This document shows, in pieces, positions 25,489 to 34,717 of a DNA stretch of 64,000 nucleotides. Below the pieces are notes generated by a model. It was not told where the DNA came from, did no database searches, and was given only the letters and a program-made list of their open reading frames with translations. Positions within the stretch are counted from its first letter, which is position 1. Each line of letters begins with the position of its first letter. The DNA is taken from the NCBI GenBank assembly GCA_964291625.2, contig OZ220089.1, forward strand, positions 4,416,001 to 4,480,000. Reading direction: 5' to 3'. The position numbers and the translations under genes are program-made. The DNA comes from Candidatus Latescibacterota bacterium (GTDB lineage: Bacteria > Latescibacterota > UBA2968 > UBA8231).

Positions 25489-28400
25489 TCACAGCCGCGC
25501 GCTCACGATCCAGTCCCGGTGGGCCTTGGCGAACTGGAAGGCGTCCCGGGTGGCTCGCTCCTCCTCGAACATGCCGATGACCCGGTCGTAGGCCCCGACG
25601 GCGTCCTGCCACCTTCCGAGTTCCTCCAGGCAGACGCCCATGTTGCTCAGGGCGCCGATCTCGCTCTCCGTGCCCGGGTACCTGGCGATGACGTCCTGGA
25701 ACACCTCGATCGCCTGCCGGTAGTACTCGCTCTGTCCGCCGGCATCGGCCGAGTCCATCAGGGCGATCCCCTGCTCGTAACGCTCGTAGGCGATCGCCTC
25801 CTTGAGCTCGGCCACGAGCCGGGGCACCTCCGATGTGATCTCGGCGGAGGGATAGCGCTGCTGGACGAGGAGGTAGGCCTCCATGGCCTCCTGGTAGCGG
25901 CCGAGGTTGTAGGCGTGGTCCCCGAAGGTGAACTGGGCCGAGGCGGCGTACTCGCTGCCGGGGAAGCGGTCGAGAAGCCGGCGGAAGCTGGCCATGGCCT
26001 CATCCTGCCTGTCCAGCTCGATGAGGCACCAGGCCATGTTGTACTGGGAATCGTCGGCCGTCGTCTCTTCCGGGAACTCGTCGATGAGCCGCCTGTAGTG
26101 TCCGATGGCCTGGTCGAAGTCGCCGAGCTGGTAGTTGCTCTCGGCCACGCCGAAGAGGATGTCCGGCAGCTCGCGGGCCTCCGGATGGCCGGCCAGGAGC
26201 TGCTGGAAGAGGGTGCGGGCCTCCTCGAACTCCCTCAGGCTGTAGTGGGTGTTGGCCAGGTAGAAGGAGACGAGGAGGGCCTGCTCCCGGGTCATGTCGG
26301 CCCCCGAGAGGTCCTGGAAGAGGGCCTTGGCCTCGTCGAGCTCTCCCTCGGCGAAGTGGAAGGCGCCCAGGGTCAGGCGGATGTCCAGGGCGAAGGGCGA
26401 GGTCGGATGGACGCGCAGGGCCTCGCGGAAGGTGCGCACCGCTTCGGAGCCGCGGTTGAGCCGCATGAGGGCGTCCCCGAGGAGGAAGTAGGCCTTCTCC
26501 TTGGTGCCGTAACCTCCGCGGGCGACGGCGGTGTCGTCGAAGTCGAGGGCGATGAGGCGCCTGGCGGCCGCGATCGTCTGGGGGTAGCTCTCCTCCTCGT
26601 AGTAGAGGTCGAGCATGCGGTTCAGCAGGTCGGCGCGCTGCTCAGCCGTGGGGGCGGCGGCTACCATCTCCTCGAGGATCCGGACCGCGTCCGTCCCCCG
26701 GTCCCGCCTCACGTAGGAGAAGGCGAGGGCGTCCTGGGCGTAGCGCACCTTTTCGGGATCGGCCACGTTGGCCACCACCCACAGGAGGTCCTCCTCCCCT
26801 TGGGCGAGGTCCCCGGCGGCCAGGGCCGCGCTGCCCCGGTTGAGGCGGAGGGCCTCCACCAGCCGAGGGGCCGCGGGCCTGGCGAGGGCCTCGGTGAAGT
26901 GGGTGACCGCCCGGGCGTGCTCGCCCTCGCCGTTGTAGGCCTGTCCGAGCAGGTAGTGGAGGCTGCCCTGCTGAGCCGGGTCCTCGGCCGGGGCCAGTCC
27001 CGCCAGGAGCACGGGGATCGCCTCGGCGTAGCGCCGCTGGGCGAGCAGGACGTGGCCGGCGCCGGTCCGGCTGCGGACGAAGAAGGGGGAGTCCGGGGCG
27101 ACCTGGAGGAAGGCCTCGGCCGCCGGTTCCAGTTGCTCGGAGGCCTGGTGGGCCAGACCGATGCGCATGTGCGCCTCGTCGGCGAAGTCGGTCTCGGGGA
27201 ACTGGCTGAGGAGCTGCCGGCTGCGCTCCACCGCCCCCCCGAAGTCGCCGAAGTCGAAGAGCAGTTCGGCGAGCTGTCCGAGGGACCGCTGCACGTAGAG
27301 CTCGTCGCCGGCGTCACCGATGATCGCCTCGAACTCGCCGCGGGCTCTCGCCATGGCCTCCGGCGTGCCAAGGGCCTGGAAGGCGACGGCGCGGTTGAAC
27401 TGCGAGTCGAGGAAGTAGGGGGAACCCGGATCCGCGCACAGGGTGTCGTACTGGGCGATGGCGAGGTTCAGCCACGAGGCCGCCGCCGGCGCGTCTCCCG
27501 ACTGCAGGTGCGGCTGGGCCAGCTGCTGGTAGCCGCTGCCCACGCGGTAGCGCACCCGGCCCTCGCCGAAGCCGGCGCTCCGGGCGATGTCGCCGTACCC
27601 CTGCAGGTAGATGCGGTACTCCTGGATCGCCCGCTCGTAGTCCCCCTGGCCGAAGAGGCGCTCGGCGAGGGCGTACTGGATCCTCGCCCTCAGGGTGCGG
27701 TCCTGGGACTCGTCGATGGCCTCGCGGTAGGTGCGCAGGGCCGCCGCCTCGTCGCCACGGGCCTGGTGCAGGTCGGCCATGCGCAGGTAGGCTTCCTCCA
27801 CCAGTTGGCGCTCGGTGCTGAAGAGGGAGATCACGCGCTGGTAGGCCGCCAATCCTTCGTCGAAGCGGCCGAGGCTCGTGAAGCAGGTGCCCACCCGGAT
27901 CTCCGCCTTGGCCGCCAGCTCCAGGGCGGTTTCGTCCACGAGGCCGGCGAGCTTCTCGCGCTTCATCTGCAGCAGCTCTTCGTCGGTCAGCTCCCCGATG
28001 CGCTGGCGCTCCACGAGGCGGCGGTAGGCCTCGATCGCCTCCTCGAACTCCCCCCGCTCGCGGTGGCACTCGCCGATCTGGAAGAGGCTGCGGTCGGCGC
28101 GGTAGCCGCTGGTGAACCGGGACAACAGGGCCTGGAAGGACTCGATGGCGCGGGCGAACCGCCTGGTTTCGTAGTAGGCCCATCCGGTGTTGTAGTAGGC
28201 GACGATGACGTGGGGGTCACCGGGGTGGGCGGCGATCATCTCGCGGGAAGCGATGATGACGTCCGGATAGGCCTCGGCGCTGAAATGGAGATCGATGAGG
28301 CGGCCGTGGGCCTGCACCGTGAGGACCTCGTTGCCGCCGCTGGCGATGACCCGGCGGAAGGCGGCGACGGCCCGGTCGAAGGAGGTGTCCGCCAGGGCGC

Positions 28401-28737
28401 GGTACTCGGCCCTTCGGGCGGCGTTGCGCGCTTCTTCCGCGAACCGGTCGTACTCCTCGTAGAGCTTGGAGTAGGCGTTCCCGATCTGGTAGGCGGCGGC
28501 CTCCTGGAGGGGGAAGCTCTCCTCGCCAACGACCACCTGCACCTGGTCCACGGCCAGCACCCGGCTGCGCACGCGGGAGACGTCGGTGTACTCGTCGATG
28601 GCCTGGTCGTAGGCGCCCTCCGCGTAGAACCGCTGGGCCTCCTGGAAGGAGCTGACCAGCTCGCCCTCGGTGGGAGTGCGGGTGGCCAGGTAGGTGCCGG
28701 CGGCGGCCAGCAGACTGAGGAACAGGGTCAGGCCCAT
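25489..28737 (-). CDS. Large (1082 aa) periplasmic TPR protein with BamD/CpoB-type repeats
   Basis: N-terminal hydrophobic anchor; many repeats of type LLxxFPxSxxAxxAxFxxG along the whole length. Confidence 0.85.
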   Translation of the reverse strand: MGLTLFLSLLAAAGTYLATRTPTEGELVSSFQEAQRFYAEGAYDQAIDEYTDVSRVRSRVLAVDQVQVVVGEESFPLQEAAAYQIGNAYSKLYEEYDRFAEEARNAARRAEYRALADTSFDRAVAAFRRVIASGGNEVLTVQAHGRLIDLHFSAEAYPDVIIASREMIAAHPGDPHVIVAYYNTGWAYYETRRFARAIESFQALLSRFTSGYRADRSLFQIGECHRERGEFEEAIEAYRRLVERQRIGELTDEELLQMKREKLAGLVDETALELAAKAEIRVGTCFTSLGRFDEGLAAYQRVISLFSTERQLVEEAYLRMADLHQARGDEAAALRTYREAIDESQDRTLRARIQYALAERLFGQGDYERAIQEYRIYLQGYGDIARSAGFGEGRVRYRVGSGYQQLAQPHLQSGDAPAAASWLNLAIAQYDTLCADPGSPYFLDSQFNRAVAFQALGTPEAMARARGEFEAIIGDAGDELYVQRSLGQLAELLFDFGDFGGAVERSRQLLSQFPETDFADEAHMRIGLAHQASEQLEPAAEAFLQVAPDSPFFVRSRTGAGHVLLAQRRYAEAIPVLLAGLAPAEDPAQQGSLHYLLGQAYNGEGEHARAVTHFTEALARPAAPRLVEALRLNRGSAALAAGDLAQGEEDLLWVVANVADPEKVRYAQDALAFSYVRRDRGTDAVRILEEMVAAAPTAEQRADLLNRMLDLYYEEESYPQTIAAARRLIALDFDDTAVARGGYGTKEKAYFLLGDALMRLNRGSEAVRTFREALRVHPTSPFALDIRLTLGAFHFAEGELDEAKALFQDLSGADMTREQALLVSFYLANTHYSLREFEEARTLFQQLLAGHPEARELPDILFGVAESNYQLGDFDQAIGHYRRLIDEFPEETTADDSQYNMAWCLIELDRQDEAMASFRRLLDRFPGSEYAASAQFTFGDHAYNLGRYQEAMEAYLLVQQRYPSAEITSEVPRLVAELKEAIAYERYEQGIALMDSADAGGQSEYYRQAIEVFQDVIARYPGTESEIGALSNMGVCLEELGRWQDAVGAYDRVIGMFEEERATRDAFQFAKAHRDWIVSARL

Positions 28738-28739
28738 CC

Positions 28740-31700
28740 TTAGTAGGTCTCCTCCTCGAAGCCGAGGATCACGTTGATGAAGACCGCCGTGAACTTCTCG
28801 TCCTTGACCTGTGCCACCGCCGGCTCGTCGAAGACCCGGTTCCTGCGGCTGAGGCCGGCGTTGGTGGAGAGGATGTAGCCGAAGTACTTGGAGTTGTTCG
28901 TCAGCATGAGCACGTAGTCATACTGCTCGAAGTCGTTCTCGGGCTGCGCCAGGTCGACCACCGAGTAGGGCAGGAGGCTGCCCAGGCCCTCCACCCCGAA
29001 CTGAAGGCGGGTCCTCAGGGTAAGGTCGTAGTTGAGCTTGAGGATGGGGATGATATGGCGCTCGTGCTGCGTGGTCACATCTCCCGTCTGCCACTCCCGC
29101 AGGAAGCGGTACTTGAGCCCCGAGAACAGGCTGAGCTTGGGCCGGATCGGCCACAGGTAGTCCAGCCGGTGCACCATGGCCCACCTCGACAGGGTCCGGC
29201 CCTCCTGCAGGGTACCGTCGTAGAGCTCTCCGTCGTGCTGCTGGTTGATCTCGTACTTGACCTTGTTGTGGAGGTTGAGGCCGGGAAGGGTCGTCCAGCG
29301 CGCGTCGACGAAGAAACGCGAGTAGGTGCTGTTCTTGAACAGCAGGGGATCCTCCCGCGGCACCTCGAGGAAGGGGGAGATGCGGATGTTGCGCTGGAAT
29401 CCGCCGAACTCCCGCCGGAGTTGCTCCGCCGCCGTCAGGACCTCGTCGCTGTAGACGCTGAGGGGATCCTCGACGCCGTCCCGTACGCGCTCGGTGAACA
29501 AGGCGCCCTTGAAGCGGCCCAGGCTCGGGATCCGGCGCTCGTAACCGAGTCGGGCGTACAGCGACTCGTTCGGGTCGCCGGCGGCGATCTGCTCGGCGTC
29601 GAGCAGGCCCAGGGTCATCTGCGCGCCGGTAATCGGCTTGAAGGTCCCGTAGACGTGCCGCCCCCGCAGCCCCGGGTCGTAGGGCAGATCCGGCTGCAGG
29701 TCGTTCTCTCTCGCGTCGATATAGTCGTTGTGGTTGAGGTCCGCACCGTAGTCGAAGATCTGCGGGTCCACGTCGTAGGTCAGGAAGGGCTCGAGGTAGT
29801 CCGGCGTGGCGTCGAAGTCCCGGTTGGTGTCCGGCACCCCGTCGTTGTCCTCGTCGAGGCCGGGGAAGACGCCGTCCAGGTCCGACTGGCCGTTCCAGAT
29901 GAAGGGCCGGTTGGTGTACCACGTGTCCGGGTAGCGGTCGTTGTCGTCGTTGTCCTCCACCAGCCGGTGCAGGTAGGTGTTGTTGTAGACCACGGGGTTG
30001 CCGAAGTTGACCTCGCTCCGGCCGATGTGGGAGCGCAGCTCGGTGTTGAAGTGGGCCCCCATGGAGAACACCTCTCCGCCCACGCCGAACCTCCGGAAGT
30101 CGCGCTTGACGGTCAGGTAGTACGCGTTGTCGTCGATGCTGGAGTGCGCCCCCGGGTTCTCCTCCCGGCGCAGGGCGTTCACCGTCTGCCCGCCGTCGGA
30201 GGGGTAGACCCGCGGTCCCGGGATCCCGCTGGCGTACTGGTAATAGCTGTTGCTGCGGCTGAACTCCCCGTCGATCTCGAAGCCCTTGAAGACGCCGTAC
30301 ACGTTGGCGCTGTAGAGGCTCAGTCCGGTGGACGCCCCCACCTTCACGCGCACCTTCTCGATGTTGTCGCTGCGCGAGTTCCCCGGCGCCGAGGCGACGG
30401 TGCGGAAGAAGCTGGCGTAGTTGTAGCGCTCCCGCGGGTTCATGAAGAACAGGTCATCCGGCTTGCCGGCCAGATCGATCTCCGAGACCTCCACGTGGTA
30501 ATCCCGGGACAGCTCCAGGTCGATGTCGACGGAGTTGATCTGCTCCTGGAAGGGCTCCAGATCGACGTAGAGGATGGCGTACTCCTCGCCGTCGAAGGCT
30601 TGTGGCAGGTCGGACTCGGTGATCAGGGCAAAAGCGCCGTCGGGCTCTGCGAGCTCGTGAGCGAACTGGTTGTGGACCGTAACGCCTTCCTCGTACTCGT
30701 GGTCCGGGCCGTAGCGCGCGAAGTCCCGGAAGTAGAGGTGGTCGATGAAGTAGGGATGCTCATAGCCCCGGTAGTAGGCGTCGGTGTCGAAGGCGGCGTA
30801 GTTGATGTACACGGCGAAGCTGTTGAAGACCGCCCCCTTGTTGATCGTCTGGTAGTCGGGCTCCAGGGGCCTGCGGCGCTCGTTGTCCTTGCCTTCGTCG
30901 AGGAGGCCGGCCACGTACGTGGTCCGGCCGGCGCCGCGCTGGTTGAGACGGAGGACGAAGACGTCGGCCTCCGGACGCAGCTCGCCGTTGACGTAGACCT
31001 TGAAGCCGTGGAACACCGGACCGTCCCGGCCGTCCTGGGGCGAGCCGTCGGAGATGCGGACGGCCACCATCGCCGTGGGACGCTGGATGTTGCCCACCGA
31101 CCCCTTGAGGGACTGGTGGCGGTTCGACATCTGGTGCTCGAACTGATGGGCGTTGACGAAGCTGGTGCCGAAGTTGAGGAAGCCCACCTTGCGCTCGTAG
31201 TGGGCGCCCACCATGGTGGTGGGCACGATGAAGCCGCCGCCGGTGGGCGTCAGGTTGGAGAACAGGGCCGAGAACTTGTCGTGCTCGGTGCCCACGTCGA
31301 GGCGCAGGCCATCGACGTTGGACATCTTGAAGGTCAGGGGCGTGAACTTCGAGCGCAGCTCGTTGGCGTAGATCGCCCGGGCCTGCCAGGAGTCGGTGCC
31401 GTCGGAGCCGACCATGACATAGTTGAAGAGGTTGGCGAAGCTGCCGCCGGGGGGCGCGTAGTCGGTGCCGCCCCGGCCGGTCCCGTGGGATCCGCCCTCG
31501 CTGACGGAGCTGTAGCCCCGGGAGGTGCCCAGGCCCCGTGACTCGACCCAGCGGATCGACTGGGTGCCGTAGACCAGGGGGTCCCCAAGGAGGTTGTAGC
31601 GGTGGCTCAGGTTGCTGGTGGCCACCGGGCGCCGGGAGTAGTCCTCGAACCCGTAGTTCCGGTAGTCCTGCCGGCCGATGCGGCCGATGAAGGGCTGGTC

Positions 31701-31817
31701 CGGCAGGATGCGCACCGGGCCCAGGGCCGGGTGTTCGGGCCGGTCTTCCTCCTCCTCCTGGGCCGTCACCGGAAGGGAGACCAGCAGCATCAGGCCGAAG
31801 ATCAGCCACAACCTCAT
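28740..31817 (-). CDS. Barrel-like paralog B (unknown family)
   Basis: Start MRLWLIFGLMLLVSLPVTA (GAGGAGG RBS); LRSKFTPLT, VNAH, DGSPQD, VEDNDDNDRYPD...VFPGLD...PDYLEPFL...DLNHN..ID.REND; ends FINVILGFEEETY. Confidence 0.85.
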   Translation of the reverse strand: MRLWLIFGLMLLVSLPVTAQEEEEDRPEHPALGPVRILPDQPFIGRIGRQDYRNYGFEDYSRRPVATSNLSHRYNLLGDPLVYGTQSIRWVESRGLGTSRGYSSVSEGGSHGTGRGGTDYAPPGGSFANLFNYVMVGSDGTDSWQARAIYANELRSKFTPLTFKMSNVDGLRLDVGTEHDKFSALFSNLTPTGGGFIVPTTMVGAHYERKVGFLNFGTSFVNAHQFEHQMSNRHQSLKGSVGNIQRPTAMVAVRISDGSPQDGRDGPVFHGFKVYVNGELRPEADVFVLRLNQRGAGRTTYVAGLLDEGKDNERRRPLEPDYQTINKGAVFNSFAVYINYAAFDTDAYYRGYEHPYFIDHLYFRDFARYGPDHEYEEGVTVHNQFAHELAEPDGAFALITESDLPQAFDGEEYAILYVDLEPFQEQINSVDIDLELSRDYHVEVSEIDLAGKPDDLFFMNPRERYNYASFFRTVASAPGNSRSDNIEKVRVKVGASTGLSLYSANVYGVFKGFEIDGEFSRSNSYYQYASGIPGPRVYPSDGGQTVNALRREENPGAHSSIDDNAYYLTVKRDFRRFGVGGEVFSMGAHFNTELRSHIGRSEVNFGNPVVYNNTYLHRLVEDNDDNDRYPDTWYTNRPFIWNGQSDLDGVFPGLDEDNDGVPDTNRDFDATPDYLEPFLTYDVDPQIFDYGADLNHNDYIDARENDLQPDLPYDPGLRGRHVYGTFKPITGAQMTLGLLDAEQIAAGDPNESLYARLGYERRIPSLGRFKGALFTERVRDGVEDPLSVYSDEVLTAAEQLRREFGGFQRNIRISPFLEVPREDPLLFKNSTYSRFFVDARWTTLPGLNLHNKVKYEINQQHDGELYDGTLQEGRTLSRWAMVHRLDYLWPIRPKLSLFSGLKYRFLREWQTGDVTTQHERHIIPILKLNYDLTLRTRLQFGVEGLGSLLPYSVVDLAQPENDFEQYDYVLMLTNNSKYFGYILSTNAGLSRRNRVFDEPAVAQVKDEKFTAVFINVILGFEEETY

Positions 31818-31902
31818 GCCGGCCTCCTCGGCCTGACGCCGGCCTCGGACCGCGCGGCGGCGCTCCCATCTGCCCGCCATGTCGGTGATCGCTCTCATGG
31901 GA

Positions 31903-34716
31903 TCAGAACTGGGGCCTCAGGCCGACGATGACGCGCAGGAAGAGACGGGAGAGATCGATGTCCTGATCGCCGCGGGTCTCGTCCAGGAAGGTCCGGAGGC
32001 GCTTCTCGTAGCCCAGGTTGACGTTGATCTGGTAGCCCACGTAGGTCGAGGTGTTGCTCAGCAGCGCCAGGTAGACCTGGGAATCGAAGTCGACCCCCGG
32101 GGCCGCCTCGTTGCGGTACGTGGCCGGGAGGAAGGGGAAGCCCTGTGCGCCGAGCTTGATCTCGGTGCGTGAGGAGAGGGGGTACTCCAGCCTCAGGATC
32201 GGGTAGACGTAGTCCTCGGCGATTTCCAGGATCCGCTCCTCGTCGTCCTGCAGGCGCTGCCGCATCCACTTGAGCTGGGGAACGACACGCAGCCGGCTCC
32301 AGGGATTCCACGTGTAGTCGGCCTTGAACACGGTGGCCAGGTCGGAGATGCTGTTCTCGGGCTGCAGGTCGGTGCTCTGCTGGAGGTTGGTCTCGTACTT
32401 GATCGACAGCTCGACATTGAGGTTCGACGTGCCGATGTAGCGCGTCCTCGTGTAGAGCGTGTTCACCCAGCTGTCGCGCATGGTCAGCGGGTCTCTCAGC
32501 AGCTCCGCCTCCCCCAGGGGATTGAAGATCTGCTCCTCCGTGAGGGGGACGATGGATATGATGTCCGGCTCGAAGTAGATGGGGTCCCGCCCCAGGCCGA
32601 AGATGTCGTCGGCCACATCGTCCCGCACGCGTTTGAGCCGCTCCACCCCGTAGATCTCCGCCAGGAAAGGGATCCGGCGCTCGTACTCGACCTTGCCGTA
32701 GGTCGCCTCGGCCCGGCCGCCTCCGAATAGCGCCCAGGACCTGTGATGGCCGGCGGTCACGGTGGCCCGGCCGTGAAAGAGCCGGGAGAACCCGTGGAAT
32801 CCGCGGCGGTCGATGTCGTAGGGGTAATCGGACTTCAGATCGTTTTCACGCTCGTCGATCTTGCCGTTGTTGTTGAGGTCCTCGCCCCACTCGTAGGCGT
32901 CGGGATTGACCTTGTAGAGCAGGAAGGGCTCGTAGTAATCGGGGATCAGGTTGCTGTTCTCGTTGATGTCCGGGCGGCCGTTCAGGTCGGCGTCCAGCCC
33001 GGGGAACACGCCGTCCGGATCCTGGATGAAACGTCCCCCCGTTTCCGGGTTGGTGGTCTTGCGCAGGTAGTAGGTGTCCGGGTACTGGTCCTTGTCGTCG
33101 TTGTCGTCGACGGTGTCGAACTCGCGCGTGTAGGTCTGGTCGGTGATGTTGCGGCCGATCTTCGTCGGCAGCCGCGGCTCGTGAATCTGCTGCGGGTAGT
33201 TGAAGGGCGCCGAGGGGAAGCCGGCGCTGGTGTTGAAAGCGTCGTCCTGCACCGTCAGCACGGTGGAATAGTCGGCGTCCACGTTGAACACCTCGCCGCC
33301 GACGGAGAAGCCATTCCAGTCGCGCCGGAGCACGGCGAACCAGGCCTGGCTGTCGTTCTGGTAGTGCTCGAGCTCCGTGCTCAACAGCGCCGGATAGGCG
33401 CGGAAGGCGAAGTTGCGCACGTACTCCGTGTGCAGCATGAAGCCTTTGACGTCCAGGTTCAGGTGGGCGCTGGCCAGGGTGCGGCCGGTCTGGCGGCCGT
33501 AATGGGCCCGTACGCGGCGGAAGTCGGCCAGGTTGTCCGGCCGGCCCCGCGACCGGGCAGCGGTGTAGAAGTAGGTCGCCGGGTTGTTGGAGATGCCGTC
33601 GAAGACCTCCGACAGCTCGATCACGTAGTCCCCGGCCACGTCCAGGTCGACGTAAGCCTGGTTGATCACGTCGGCCTCGCCGGCGTCATCGAAGGCGTGG
33701 GGGACCCGGAACCAGAAGAGCAGGCTCCCCGGGCCGCGGGTCTCGTAGAAGCCCTGGGGTGTGGGGGACACGTGGTCGTGCTCTATGATGGGATCCTGGG
33801 CATCCCGCCAGAGGATCGGCGGGATGATCGTCCGGTCGGAGTGCTCGGTCACCGTGAGGGTAGGGGCGTCCGGATCCAGGTTGTCATACGGTCCGAGATG
33901 GTGCTGCAGCCGGCGCCCGTTGAGGGTGATGGCGGGCACCTTGACGCGCACGCCCACCTCGTCGTCGGGCTCCTGATCGGCCACCCTCACGACGATCCAC
34001 TCGGGAGGGGCGCCGGTGGTCGGGAGGGTGCCCTTCCAGCTGTTGTCGTTCAGATCCTTGAAGCTGTCGGTGCGGTACTGGTTGACCCAGCTCAACCCCA
34101 TGTCCAGGCCCGGCAACTGGGTGCGCAGGTCGCCGCCGAGCAGGTAGGTCGCCCATCGGGGCCGGGTCTCGTAGCGCTCCTCCACGCCGTGGACGCGGTG
34201 GTCGACGTTCTGCTGCCCCAGGGCCTCGAAGATCGGCCGGTCCACGCGGGAGACGGCCAGGATCAGGGAGCCGCTCTCGAAGCTGGTGTCGAAGCGCAGT
34301 CCGTTCATCGACGCCATGTCGAGGGTCAGGGAGGTGAACTTCGTGCGCACGTGGTCGCCGATGATGAGCTTGCTCGTGGCCCCGGCGTAGGCGTCGTCGG
34401 CGATGAGCAGGCGGTTCAGGTAGTTCTGGTAGAGCCTGGGCTTGGAGATGAGGGTGCCCGGCGCGGGTGCGACCGTCCGAGTCTCCTGGAGCTTGAAGAC
34501 CTGGGTGCCGTTCATCACGAACTGGCCGAGGGGATCGAAGACGGGCAGGCGGTCCCGGGCGAAGATCAGGTTCTGGTAGCTGCGGTAGCCCTCGTAGGCA
34601 TAGTTGACGTACGGCTCCCCGGGCTTGAACAGGAGCTGGGCCTCGCCGGGGGATGCCGTCAGGGTCACCAGCCAGCAGGCCGCGGCTACCGCCGCATGTC
34701 GAAGGATGGGCGTCAT
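31903..34716 (-). CDS. Barrel-like paralog C (unknown family)
   Basis: Signal peptide; GDHVRTKFTSLT, VDDNDDKDQYPD...VFPGLD...PDYYEPFL...DLNNNGKIDEREND..DYPY; ends FLRVIVGLRPQF. Confidence 0.85.
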   Translation of the reverse strand: MTPILRHAAVAAACWLVTLTASPGEAQLLFKPGEPYVNYAYEGYRSYQNLIFARDRLPVFDPLGQFVMNGTQVFKLQETRTVAPAPGTLISKPRLYQNYLNRLLIADDAYAGATSKLIIGDHVRTKFTSLTLDMASMNGLRFDTSFESGSLILAVSRVDRPIFEALGQQNVDHRVHGVEERYETRPRWATYLLGGDLRTQLPGLDMGLSWVNQYRTDSFKDLNDNSWKGTLPTTGAPPEWIVVRVADQEPDDEVGVRVKVPAITLNGRRLQHHLGPYDNLDPDAPTLTVTEHSDRTIIPPILWRDAQDPIIEHDHVSPTPQGFYETRGPGSLLFWFRVPHAFDDAGEADVINQAYVDLDVAGDYVIELSEVFDGISNNPATYFYTAARSRGRPDNLADFRRVRAHYGRQTGRTLASAHLNLDVKGFMLHTEYVRNFAFRAYPALLSTELEHYQNDSQAWFAVLRRDWNGFSVGGEVFNVDADYSTVLTVQDDAFNTSAGFPSAPFNYPQQIHEPRLPTKIGRNITDQTYTREFDTVDDNDDKDQYPDTYYLRKTTNPETGGRFIQDPDGVFPGLDADLNGRPDINENSNLIPDYYEPFLLYKVNPDAYEWGEDLNNNGKIDERENDLKSDYPYDIDRRGFHGFSRLFHGRATVTAGHHRSWALFGGGRAEATYGKVEYERRIPFLAEIYGVERLKRVRDDVADDIFGLGRDPIYFEPDIISIVPLTEEQIFNPLGEAELLRDPLTMRDSWVNTLYTRTRYIGTSNLNVELSIKYETNLQQSTDLQPENSISDLATVFKADYTWNPWSRLRVVPQLKWMRQRLQDDEERILEIAEDYVYPILRLEYPLSSRTEIKLGAQGFPFLPATYRNEAAPGVDFDSQVYLALLSNTSTYVGYQINVNLGYEKRLRTFLDETRGDQDIDLSRLFLRVIVGLRPQF

Positions 34717-34717
34717 C

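Noticed and set aside
24799-28743. 1314 aa plus-strand ORF, and similar long ORFs at 1640-3835, 29055-31541, 32743-34728, 34604-37078, 39598-42006 and 54976-57102
   Set aside because: Antisense shadows of real genes. High-GC codon bias removes stops on the opposite strand, and the translations have no motifs.
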